Source: Octopus bimaculoides (lineage: Eukaryota). Taken from it: a stretch of 64,000 bases of DNA. The stretch lies in assembly GCF_001194135.2 (NCBI RefSeq), contig NC_069002.1:37309394-37373393 (forward strand), given 5' to 3'. This document shows positions 23,447-36,400 of this stretch, piece after piece. The position numbers and the translations under genes are program-made. Numbering within the stretch: position 1 is the first letter of the stretch; the number at the start of each line of letters is the position of its first letter. The notes below the pieces were generated by a model that searched no databases, had not been told where the DNA came from, and saw only the letters and a program-made list of their open reading frames with translations.

Positions 23447-26400
23447 TGAATCAGAAATGTTCCATAAGATCACTCTCTGTGTAAAGGAGACGACGCTGAT
23501 AACAATGATTGTTTCTAATTTAAACTAGTATTTTAAGGGATTGGGGTCAGATCTGTTATATCCTGAAAGGATAAATGGCAAAGTTGACTTTGGCAGGATT
23601 TGAACTCAGAACATGTACTAGAAGAAATATACAAACAGCAGTTTGTTTAATGATTCAGACAATTAAGTGAGATTTCATTAGTTAAATAAAACGTCTCGAC
23701 TTTGGTTGGTGAGATAGGAGTATGTTGGTCTCTTAATGAGTACTCAGTCTCTTTATGGCGTGAATCTTTATTGACATAGGTAAAATTTTGTTGTTAGAAA
23801 GGTAAAAGGGAGTGGGGGGGGGGGTCATTAAAAGGGTCAACATTTATTCAGCCAGGAGTTTGATGCTAAAGGATAATTTTATGGTTAGAAAAAAAAAAAA
23901 AAAAAAAAGGTGTGATTACCAGCTTTGGGAGAGTCTTTTGAAAGTCTAGCAAAGAACGGTGCCAACTGATTGAAGCTCCACAGTGAGTTTGTTTGCATAT
24001 TTACAAGAGGTGGTGTAACTGATGTTTCAGTCTCATCAGCCTCTCCAGTACCCTTGGTCAGTTGTCGTGGCAGAGAAAGTCCAGCCAAGAGAGACTTCAG
24101 TACAGATAAGTCTGGATAATAGTTTGACACAACACTGAAAACAAAAAAAAAAAATTTAAATATATAAGAGAAAAAAAAAGCATAAAATATAAATCAATTT
24201 AAATTTCTCTTCCTTGATTTTCCTGACAAGAATTCTAATTGATGTTAATGATTTTTCTTCTCATTACACATAATTTCAATTGATTAAAAGTTCTTTGTGA
24301 TTCACTACTTGTCAACTTTACTATATGTTCTTCATACAGAAGATATCTCTTGGAAATTTTCCCTCAATGTCCATTTTCCATGCTGGCATGGGTTGAATGG
24401 CTTTGATCAGAGCTGGTAATCAGGAAGGCGGCATCAGGTTCCAGGTCTGATTTGGCTTGGTCTTTACAACTGGATGCCCTTCCTAACACCAGCCACTGTG
24501 CCATTGGGTGTGCCACTGGGTGCTTTTAGCATGGCACCGACACAAGTGCGTTTTATGTGGAGCTAGCACAGGGCTCCTGTAGGCCAATCCTTTTCATCAG
24601 GTAGAGTAGTATTAACATGCTGACTGAAATTTAACCAGACATCTTTTATTGACCAGGCAAACATGATAATTATTACACTATACGGTCTCACAATTTCCTT
24701 CATCTAAAATTAACCCATTAGCTGCGAGAATAACCTTTTGTTTTTGATTTAGCTGAAACTTTAAGGGTTAGTTGAAACACCAGTTACATTGATTTGAAAC
24801 CAGAAATGTTATTCCTTTTTATTCAGTAATCAAAAGTATATGTTCGTCTTTTACAGCAGTGAAAATAAAAAGAAAAGGCAATATGGTACATTTTATGGTA
24901 ATTATTATTGAAAAAATGCTCCTTTATTATATATTTCATATACTATGAGTTAGTAGTCACAACAGCAACAGATTATTTTTTATGATAATCCACAAAACAC
25001 GAGATACATAATCCAATATCACATTTTTCACATTCAGCTCGAGTTTTTTATTTTCTTAACATGGCAGGTAGGGATTTGGAGGGAGATTTGGCTACTATTT
25101 TTAAAAGGTTGAATAACTTTCATGGAGGTTCCCTCATTAGCTTGTTGTGGATATAATTGCTTTACTCCAGGTCAGACCTAGGCTTCGAGACATTTCAGAG
25201 CTAAATTTGTATTCTAAAACAGTAATGGGACTCAAAAAAGATTTAACTATTATTGGTCAAGCAACCATTTGAGAATCCCTTTTTGGTTCAATATGTGTAA
25301 CATTATACAATACTGCACTGGTGACACAACAGAAACACATCTCCAGACATCAACAATGAAACAGTTATTGGTACTCAAGCATGAAAGGGTGCCTCTACAT
25401 GGTCACCTTGAAAATAACAGCAGCCAAATCTTACTTATGCAACACCGTACTGTCTTTAAAAAATATACACTGAATAATAAATCCATAAATACGATATGCC
25501 TGAAAAAGAAATGGAACATCTTTGATCAGAGTTCTAGAAGTGAGCACGGCAGCTAAATAACAACAACAACCACATCTTTTATGACTGTGGTTGTTGTTAT
25601 TTAGCTGCCGTGCTCACTTCTAGAACTCTGATCAAAGATGTTCCATTTCTTTTTCAGGCATATCGTATTTATGGATTTATTATTCAGTGTATATTTTTTA
25701 TGAATGTGTCAATGATATGCCTCTATTTCCATCAAATCACACTACGATCTTTAAAAAATGAAGAACACATTTGATAATGTAATTCTAGGTACCTCTAAAA
25801 GATTAAAAACTGGTAAGCAGATAGTCTTGGTTGGAGATCTACTCAACCAGGACTGACCTGTGGCCAAACAACCATCAATAAATTAAAAAATTTGTTACTT
25901 ATCTGGATCTTGATTATTTTCAAATTGGATTGCTATATACAGACAATGTAGAGACACATAAGGTGAACACTGACCTGAGAAGTTCAATATATTTCTGCAA
26001 AATATGAACAGCTCTGTTTGGTTCATGAAGCACAAATCTTTGTAGAAACTGGATGAACTTGACAATAATAGAAGATAGATTCTTGTATTCTTGGCCATGG
26101 TTCTGTATATATAATAAAATAGAATGAGATGAAGAATGCAGGATATTTCAAATGAGTTAGACGTTTCAGGAAGGTAGCGGCAAGAGTTGATTAAATCAAC
26201 CCCAGTACCCAACTACCCGTTACTTCAAAAAGTAGGTAGATGTAGTTCACCGAAATATGCAACCAGTAATGGAAGCAAATAGACACTGGATAGAACTGGC
26301 CTCCGTCTTCAGGGTGGAGAGATATAAATTAAAACCTAACACTTCCATTATTGTTTGCATATTTTGGTGAACTACATCCACCAACATTATGAAGTAAGTC

Positions 26401-29400
26401 TGAGATCCCAGAAACAGCTGTCAGACTTATAGCACCATACCTTCTCCCCTTTAATTTTCTGTGTCTTTCTACTCTGTGTAAGTTCATTTCCAGTCTTCTA
26501 TGAAAATGTTTCTGGCCATGGGGAAATGTAATCTTGCTTGGAAGCAGGTGAGAATTGATGAGAGGAAGGGCATCCATCAAATAGAATCTGCTTCAAGAGA
26601 TTGCATCTAACCCATGCATGGAAAAGTGGAGATGATGATGATGATGTATATGGTAATAACATTGAAAGAAGATAATATACATATGTAAATGTGTGTCTGC
26701 ATCTCAGTTTTATGTTTACAGTGGTCTAAGTACTGTTGTTGTTGTGCACGTCCCATAATTTTGTGGTTCAACAAATATGCATCAATAAAATAACTATTGG
26801 ATCAATATGATTGACTAAAACCCTTGAAAGTGGTGCCCCAGAATGGGTGTGGCAAAAAGACTGAAACTGGTGAAAGAATAAACTATGTGTGTGTATCTTT
26901 TCCTGTCCTCATTGTCATTTAATGCCTACTTTCCATGCTGATGTGGGGTGGAAGTTCAGAAGGATCTGATTAGCCAGAGGATGGCATTAAGCCCAATATC
27001 TGCTTTGACTAGGTCACTTCGGTTGGATGCCCTTCCTAATGCTTACATCTTTACAAGAATGTACTGGGTGCTTTTGACATCTTCAGGAGTTGATAAAATA
27101 AAGTACTAATAAAGTACTGGGGTGATGGTATACACACACACACACACACACACGATCATAAAATCCTCGTGGTTTAAGCTAACCTTGATGAGAGAGAAAT
27201 ATGCTTCCAAGACATCATCCAATGCTGTGTGCTCTTTACGGAATATGTGTGGCTCAAGAAACTCCAACAAACCAAGGACATATGAGAAGAGAAGCAGATA
27301 ATTACGACTTCTCATTTCTCCAATCGTGAAATGAGTTTTACCCTGAAGGAGTGCAGCAATGAGGGGCAGCTGCCTGGAAAAAGTAGACAAAAACATGTTA
27401 TATATACAAGGAAGATAGTACAAAAGAAGAAAAAACCAAACTATCAGTAAACAAAAGCAGAGAAGAAAAAAGATGATATTCAAACAATCTTTAGGTCAAT
27501 CTTGACCAAGCTGACCTATGAACTGACAATCCAGCTATCCCTATTCTGTTTTTTTTTTTCTGTGTGTGTAATTAAGGATACATTAACCGATGAGTACTTT
27601 TATTGTTATAATTATTTAAACCCAATTTTGAAGACTACATCACCTAATGTGAGCTTTCATTACACAATAGTATGATTTTAGAGAGATTTACCTGCTATTG
27701 CTAGCCAAGTATAAGAAACACATCATAAAGATTCATTCACTTGCTCTAAGATTCAATGTCTAAAATTGGTAACATTAGAAATAAAAACAATTTTATTGTC
27801 TTTATTAAGTTAACCTGTTCATAACTATTGTTAATGAAATTCACTGTGTTTCATTAAAAGATGGCCTCAACAGTCAAAAATAGAAATAAAAAAGTAGAAC
27901 TATAATGGTTTCAGAAAAATTTCAGTGTATAGTGTCACCTTCAGGTAACTACAGTGGATACAAGAGCAACACAATAAACAAACCTCAGAATAAGAAGAGG
28001 GTGTTCAGCAGCTAATTTCCTGCTAGCATTGTTAGCATCATACATTCTGTTTTCAGCTGCTTTACCTGGTAAAGCATTTCCAAGGGCAGAGAGCAGACGA
28101 TGAGATATGTGGTCCAGCTAGAGAGAAGAAAATAACTTATAGAGCAACAAAAATAACGGTAATAATTGTTTCTGACAAAAGCACAAGGCCTGAAATTTGG
28201 AGGCGGGAGGGGGAATTGTCAATATTATTGACCCCAGTACTTGACTGGTACTTCATTTCATCAATCCTGAAGGATGAAACTTGACCATGGCACAATTTGA
28301 ATTCAGAATGAAAAGGGCCATAGAACAGATTCTGTGGAGCATTTTGTCTAATGCCATAAAAATTCTGACAATCCACTATCCTAATAATAATAATAATGGT
28401 TTCAAATTTTTCCACAAGGGCAGCAGTTTTGGGGAAAAGGATGAGTCAATTACATTGATTGGTACATATTTTATTGACCTCTAAAAGGATGAAAGGCAAA
28501 GTCGACCTCGGTGGAGTTTGAACTCAGAACATAGCAACAGGTGAAATACCGCTTAATGGATTGTCCAGCGCACTAACCATTCTGCCAGCCTGCCACCTTT
28601 TCTACTGTAGACTTAGTCGCCTAGGTAGCAGAAGCTATCAACTACTTCTAGTTTCTCCCCCTGGCATGTGATGGAATCAGTTTTCTGTACATCTTCAGTG
28701 TTTATTGCCCCTGTGCATCTGCCACACACAAAGACTATCTTCCTGGTTAACCTTCCTCTGATATTGCCGCACCTTTCATGTGTCCATAGCTTACACCAGG
28801 TACATTGTATGGAGTTTCTACCCTCGCCTTTTCTACAGATCGAGCAGGGCCATCTACCTGAAGGGGTTTATGATTTGACAGCCTTCCTACTTACTAAGAC
28901 TTTGGTTTTTGCTAGGTTAATCTTAAGGCCCTTTGATTCTAGACCTTGCTTCCACACCCTAAACTTCATCTCCAGTTCTGGCAGTGACTCGGCTATTAGA
29001 GCAAGGTCATCAGCATAGAGGAGCTCCCAGGCGCAGCCTGTCTTGGACTTCTCTGTTTGTGATGGATCTGTAAATATAATTAGAGTCCAGGTATGGACTT
29101 TGCTAGGAAGCATCATCATCATCATCACCAGGCTGGTGATGATGATAATGAGCAGCAGCAGCAGCAACGATGAAGACGATGATCAGACTTAATGACAACC
29201 ACATCTTTCAACTTTGTCGTCTCTTTTGTGAGCTACCAACACCAAAGCCGCTACCACCTGCTGTCCTGCAATTTGAACTCAAAACGTCTACTCCTATCTT
29301 ACTGTCTTATTTTGGTCATAACAAGTAGACTTCTTTCTCAATGTTCTGCTGACACAGACCTGTGAGAGTGATTGGCAAACCAAGACAGCTTCTTAAATGT

Positions 29401-29667
29401 ATAAATAATTAAATATACTAAAGAATAAAAGTGAAAAAAAACCCCCCAAGTTGAGGGCAGCGTAACTTACCTGACTGGCACATTTTTGTGTGGTTTGTAC
29501 ATCTCCTAACAGTAAACTGGTGTCTTGTAACCAGCTGAGAAGGTAAGGATACTGTAGGTATAGCTCCAGCAGAGTATGTTGGTACAAGTTTGAGAGTGAA
29601 CTGGAAATGGACATAAAGGCAGAAGAAACAGGTGAGAGATGGATAAACAAACAGAAGATTCACGTCA

Positions 29668-29708
<41 letters not shown>

Positions 29709-31417
29709 TTAACCACATATACATTGATATTTCGTCATTTTTGTGGTCTGTTAACATCATGTACCCACCAGGGTTGAAAGCAAGTCACCTAGCCAGCCCA
29801 TGACTTACATGCTCATGGCGTGTTAAAACAAGTACTGGCATGCTCAGAAATTGCATACCTAAGAGAAAATTTACATATGAAATAAAAGCAGCCCTAGTAT
29901 AATAAATATTAGTCATCGGCCACGTCAGCGATTTTGATTTATAGAAATAATTAACACTAATCAACCAAGAAAGAAAAAATAACCAGGAGGAGAGAGGATT
30001 TGCTTACCTGGAACTGAGAGCATATTTTTCCGTGTGTCTCACCAAACCCTTCAACTTCGTATCACTGTTGCTGAGACAATTCTTCACTAACTCAATACGA
30101 CAATTGATCACTGATGCAGAGTCATTGGAGACTTTCTGATCAGAAACGTCTTCTCCTTCTTCTGTCTCCTGCAGACAAGATTCACTCGCCTCCTGCACAA
30201 CATAGTCCACAACTGTACAGATTTGCTCAAGTCTCAACCCAAGAACATCATCTGAAGTGAAACTCTGAATAAAAAGAAAACAAAAAGAAAAATAACATTT
30301 TTCAATTTATGGAACAATAATTAATTAAAAGAAAACAATTTTTGAAAGTTATATCAAATTATCAGAAAAGAAAGAAATAATGTCAAATGTACACTTTGAA
30401 ACTGTAATGTGAAAAATGATTAGTCTTGTAAATGTTACTTTATTTTTATATAAAGTATCCGTCATGTACTGGAGTGAAATAAATTTACTAACACTTTAAA
30501 CAATTATTATTATTATTATTAAGGAAGCCAACTGGCAGAATCCTTTGCATGCCGGATGAAATATTTAGCAGCATTTCTTTTGGTTTTATGTTCTGAGTTT
30601 AAATACCACAGAAGATGACTTTGTCTTTCATCTTTCTGGGGTCAATAAAATAGGTCCCAGTTGAGAACTGGGACTCATGTAATTGACTACCCCAACAATT
30701 GCTGGCTTTGTGCCAAAATTTGAAACTATTATTATTACTTCTGCCTCAGTGAAGGTGGAGGTATTGCTTACAGCTGTGGTTTGAGGGGGTGAGGAGCCGA
30801 CTGGTAGTGAAAAGACAAGAAAGGTAATATGTGCCAATATTTCCCTCAAGTGACTAGTCACTAAAAAGTGCCATTTACGGAGGAGTGATGGAGGGCTGGG
30901 TATTAGAGGAATGGGATATGGAGAATGCTTGATGGGGCAGAATGAATTGCAAGTATAACCAGAATGCTTTCAGGGCATCATTTATGCTGTGGTGGGCAGG
31001 TCTTCTCAAGCCACAGCAAATAGCCAATCATCTCAGTCATTTGTCATCTTCTCTGCGAGGCTCAGTATCCAGAGATCAGGTCCCACTACTTCTCTGACGT
31101 CTTCCTGGCCCTCCCTATTCCACAAGTTCCTTCCACTGTCCTCATCCACATGCATCACATACTTCCGTAGACAAGAGTGAAGTTAACTCAGTTGATTCAG
31201 TTGAAGATTCCAGTCAACACAAAATAGAATAAAGGGGTGTAAAAGTACCAACCTTTTGACCTTTTCTTTCTTGTCCTTGCCACAACTTTGGAATGTGAAT
31301 ACAGGCCCAAAGGAAGTCTAGCACAGAGGTCGGGTCATGCCTGCAACAGAAAACAATACAGAAAACATACACATACACTAAATATGTGTGTGTGTGTGTG
31401 TGTGTGTATACATATGC

Positions 31418-31465
<48 letters not shown>

Positions 31466-33412
31466 AATATATATATACACATACAATGTGTGTGTGTGTA
31501 GGTGTATCTTTTATCTTTCTTTTACCTGTTTCAGTCATTAGACTGCGACGTTGCTGGGGCACCACCTTGAATTTTTAGTCGAATGAATCAACCCCAGTAC
31601 TTATTTCTGGTACTTATTTTATTGGTCTCTTTTGCCAAAATGCTAAGTTACAGAGGCATAAACACACCAACACAGACACACATATAGATATATATATATA
31701 CATATATATACAATGGGCTTATTTCAGTTTCCATCTACCAAATCTACTCATAAAGCTTTGGTCAGCCTGAGGCTCTTAGTAGATGACACTTGCGCAAGGT
31801 GCCATGCAATGGGACTGAACTCAGAACCATGTGGTTGGGAAACAAGCTTCTTACCACACAGCTACTACTGCACCTATATATATATATATATATATATATT
31901 GTATGCTTCAATCAACACCCACTCTCCCACTCATTACATATATAGAAGTAGAGGTATAAAAAGAATGACAGACTTATGCTGAGATAGTGAAAGACAGATG
32001 TACAAGAGTGAGAGACAGCAACACTAAGAGAGGGAACAGTTAAGGGACAATTAAAGGAGTCGGTTATCAAATAAGAAGATCACAGAAAAGGAATGTAAAA
32101 GGTGGAACCCCCCCCCCCACAAAATAGGTGACTTACTTGATGTGTTCGTCAGTCTGCAACAGGTAAGTGATACACCTGTGTAAGGTACCCCAGTGGCTTT
32201 GGTGAGTAAGCAGAGCCAAAAGGTATGCCTGCTGTTGACGGGGACGACCTTTAAAGGATTCCTTCACCATGCTGTTGCTTAGGTGACCATCAGAGTAGTT
32301 GCTATGCACCGAGTTCATGTCGTTGGTGGTAGATGGCAGCATCTTAGATGATGATGATGATGATGATGATTCGGATTGTTGTTGTTTGGTAAATAGCAGC
32401 AACATCTGCAGGTCTGGAGCATTGTGGATGACTTCAGGATCAATGAGTTCCAACCAGTCAACAAACAGCCATGCAGCTGATGATGGCACTGCCAATCTGG
32501 GATAGATATTTAAGGGGATAATGTGGGATTAAAACTTGTCACTGCAAATCTGGAGATTATATTTAAGGATAGCACAAATAAGGATCCCAACAAAAGTTAG
32601 CCTTTCATTCAGAAAATATAGTTTAACTTACCCCAACTGATTGTCTTTCAACATTCTGCAGGCAACTTTGGTTATGGAACACATCTTCTGAGTTTTTATT
32701 TGATTCTTCATACAACATTCAACAACAGACTCAAACAATGGATCTTTCTCTAAACCAAGTTTTTTGAAATCTAGTCAAAAGAAAGCAAGTGAAAATATAT
32801 ATCAAAATCAACCCCATTCTGAGACAGAAGATTACTTTTTGTATAATCAGGTCCCTCACATGCCGACCCCTACACACTCTCCATGTTGTCACATGTCTAC
32901 TATAGACCTCCATTCCAATTTCTCTCACCATCTCTAAACATCTTCCCTCACACTCGTGAAACACCCTTCTCTATTCCCTCTCTACCACTTATAGTCAGCC
33001 CAAATGTACCTTGCAGGGTATGACCCAATACATCTCCAACACCTATTTCTCTTTCTCTCCCTCTCATTTTGTCTCTCTTCTTTGTTTTTCTCCTGGGGTA
33101 GATAAGTATTTCCTCTATAGTAAGACACCTACCTCTATCCCTCTATTATACTTTAACCCCCTCAACCGGCACAAGTCACTTCCCTCAGTATCACACCCCC
33201 TCCCAGCTAAGGGGTGCAAGTTACTCGGTGACTCTGCTGGTGCTGGTACCACATAAAAAGCACCCAGTACACTCTGCAAAGTGGTTGGCATTAAAAAAGG
33301 CATCCAGCCATAAAAACAATGATAAGCAGACAACACAGCCTGGTGCAGTTCTCTGGCTTGCCAGCTTCTGCCAAACCATCCAGCCTATGTCAGCATGGAA
33401 GAAGAATATTAA

Positions 33413-33443
<31 letters not shown>

Positions 33444-36400
33444 GAAGGAGGATAAGCAATCATCCAATCACCAGTTTGCTTGAGACTCTATTTTAAATTT
33501 TTCATCTCATTATCAAAATACTCACCTGATACAGTTTTATCTTCTTCAAGTTCTTTGTTAGAATTGAAGATCTTTGAAGCTACGGTTTGTATTTCTGATG
33601 CTCCTGCATGTTGGTTGGAAGAATGGTGACAGTAAGATACCATGTACTGATTAACTACAGCTGCTACTGGAGATCTGTGACCTTTACATAAAGACCAGAG
33701 TTGTTCCATCATTTGTCTTAAAGAGTCCTGTAGTTGTCGCTGCAAAGTAAGAAACAAAGAGAGGATGAAACCAATAAACTGTCCACAGTTTGTCTACCCG
33801 ATGTGAAAGGCCTCTCCGAAAAGATACAAAAGATATGCAGTCCATATGACATCAGGACAGTATTCAAGAGTAATACAACACTTCACAAATATCTCCTTCA
33901 AGTAAAACCACCAATAGAAGAGAATATGACCAAAGACTGCATGTACTCCATCCCATGCAGCTGTGGTAGGTTATACAAGGGTGAAACATGCCACCTCCTT
34001 AAAATAAGGGTAGAGGAACATTGCAAAGCTGTGTCACGGGGGAGATATTGATAAATCAGGTATAGCTGATCATGTATGGAAAAAGGGAGACCACCTCCCC
34101 TTGTGGGATGAAGTTAAAATAACAGACAGAGAACACCACTGGAAAATACGAAAACTAAAAGAAGCAGCACATATGCTAGGACACAACAACCTCCTAAGCA
34201 GACCGAGTGCAGATATGAACAACATATGGGAACCGGTATTAAGGAAGGATAGGAGAATATTAGATTTATAAGCCCTAAAATTCACTCCATAATTGCCCAC
34301 AGCATTCAGTGGTTATGCATAAGGCGTAATGGTTAAGAGCATGGGCTAATAACCCCAAGATTCCAGACAGTGACCTAAATGATGAATGATGATGATGTTG
34401 GTGATGATGATGACGACGACAACATCAAAAAATACCTTAGGAATGAGAACCCAGGTTCGAAATTTCCCCAAGACACCTGATGAAGGCTGGAGGGCATATC
34501 AGCCGAAACATATTAACAACAAACAAGATGAGGACAAATATACATAATGTACATTGTACATAATTCCTCATCTCTTAAATATAGAACTGTGTTCTTCCTT
34601 ATTTCAGTCAATTAGGGTCTAATTTGGTTGCCTCTTCTAGCAACTTGAATGACCACACAGGTTCCCTAAATGGCTCTTTATCCAAAATTAAATGTCAACT
34701 ACGGTAAGTTGAAGTAAAAATCTTGAATGAGAGGCACAACAAATTCAAGACTTAGGTTGCCATGCCAACCTTTGACCTTAAAATTCATATACCAATAATT
34801 TTTCACTTCAAACAATTATCCAGAATGCTTCTTGAATTTACAGTAAATTAAACAAACCCAACAAATAAATGATAAAAATTAATGCAATCACCTGATCCCT
34901 TACCTGTTTTGCAATGAGCAGCTTCAGTAAAGGGCAAGCTTTGGTTGCTGATTTCAACATCTGTTCAACAAATACTTCTTGTTGAGGAGAGTTCAATATC
35001 TGAAAACAAAAAAGAAAAAGGAAGGAATTTGCAACTAAATATTTCACTGGTTTTATTCTTTCAATACAAACCTGCCAAAGACCATCTATAAGTTCCTACT
35101 TATCAAAGCACCCACAACTGCCAATATAAAAATCTTGTGATTAAAATAAAGCTGTGATGTAAGATCTCAGTCAATAAACATATATCAAATTGTGTTTCAA
35201 ACACGAATGCGAGCAATAATTCTTATTTTTTTAAAATTATCTATTTTGCTGCTAAACCTAAGCAAATTTTTTATCATTTTAAGCTGTGAATTTGGGTTTG
35301 AGATGAATGGTCATGATAGTGTCAAAATGAACACATGCACACACACACAGAAATATACCATGGTACCTTGAGTGAGTGTCTTCTACGAGAGCCTTGTGAG
35401 TGGATTTGGTAGAAAACTGAAAGCTCATATACATATTTGTGCCTTGTGAAATGAAGATTTTTTGTGGCATAAACTGCGATCCCACCGACCTGCCAGGTAT
35501 GATAAACAATAGCATTGGATGGCAACAGAGAATCATGAGAATCCATGCAAACCACATGACTGAATTATGATGAAGATGATAACAAAAATTTGAAGCCATT
35601 GTTGGTATTCTCCACTGAAGACTGTATATTGCTGATGAGCAGATACCATGATGAGTGTTATCCAGGATACAGTGGAAAAGTGAACCACTGAATTTGGTTA
35701 AAAAGAGACGATGAGCAATAGCTAGAAGAATATTGAGTGAAACCAAGAAACCAGTTGATCTCACAAGTATCAAGTTTGGTGAGGTTGAGTAAAATAATTT
35801 AGCATTGTGTTCGTTGAATATTTTATGGTATCTGTGTGTACGTAAAAAGAACTTATTCCTCACTTCCTTCAAAAAGAATGTAAACAACTTAAGTACAATT
35901 TATGTAATAACATGTTCCATGAACAGATGAACAATGTAATTCCTAATGACATTGTATCATATAGGAAGTTAAGAGTTAATGACCAGTTGAATGTTTCAAT
36001 TTTGTCAAATTTGCTCTGACATGAACGATAAACACAAACCATTCTGTAGGTTATCATCAATCATTATAAAAATATATATTTTCTTTATCTACACACACAT
36101 ACACACAAACATATATATACACATCTATGCACGTACGACACACACACACACACACACACACATGTAGCAATGTAATGCAACAGAATGCTGCTTACAGTAT
36201 ACAATTCCCATATAATTCTATGAGCATAGACCAAACTCTGTAGGCATTTGTTTCTGAATTACTACAGAAAATGCTGTTTGAAATCTTTATTTGGCTAGAA
36301 AGTACCAGTAATTAGAAGAACTCACTACTTACCAAGCTAAGGGCCTTTGTGATATTTAATGCCACTTCATTGCTAGATGTCAAACTCTGAGGAGAAATGG

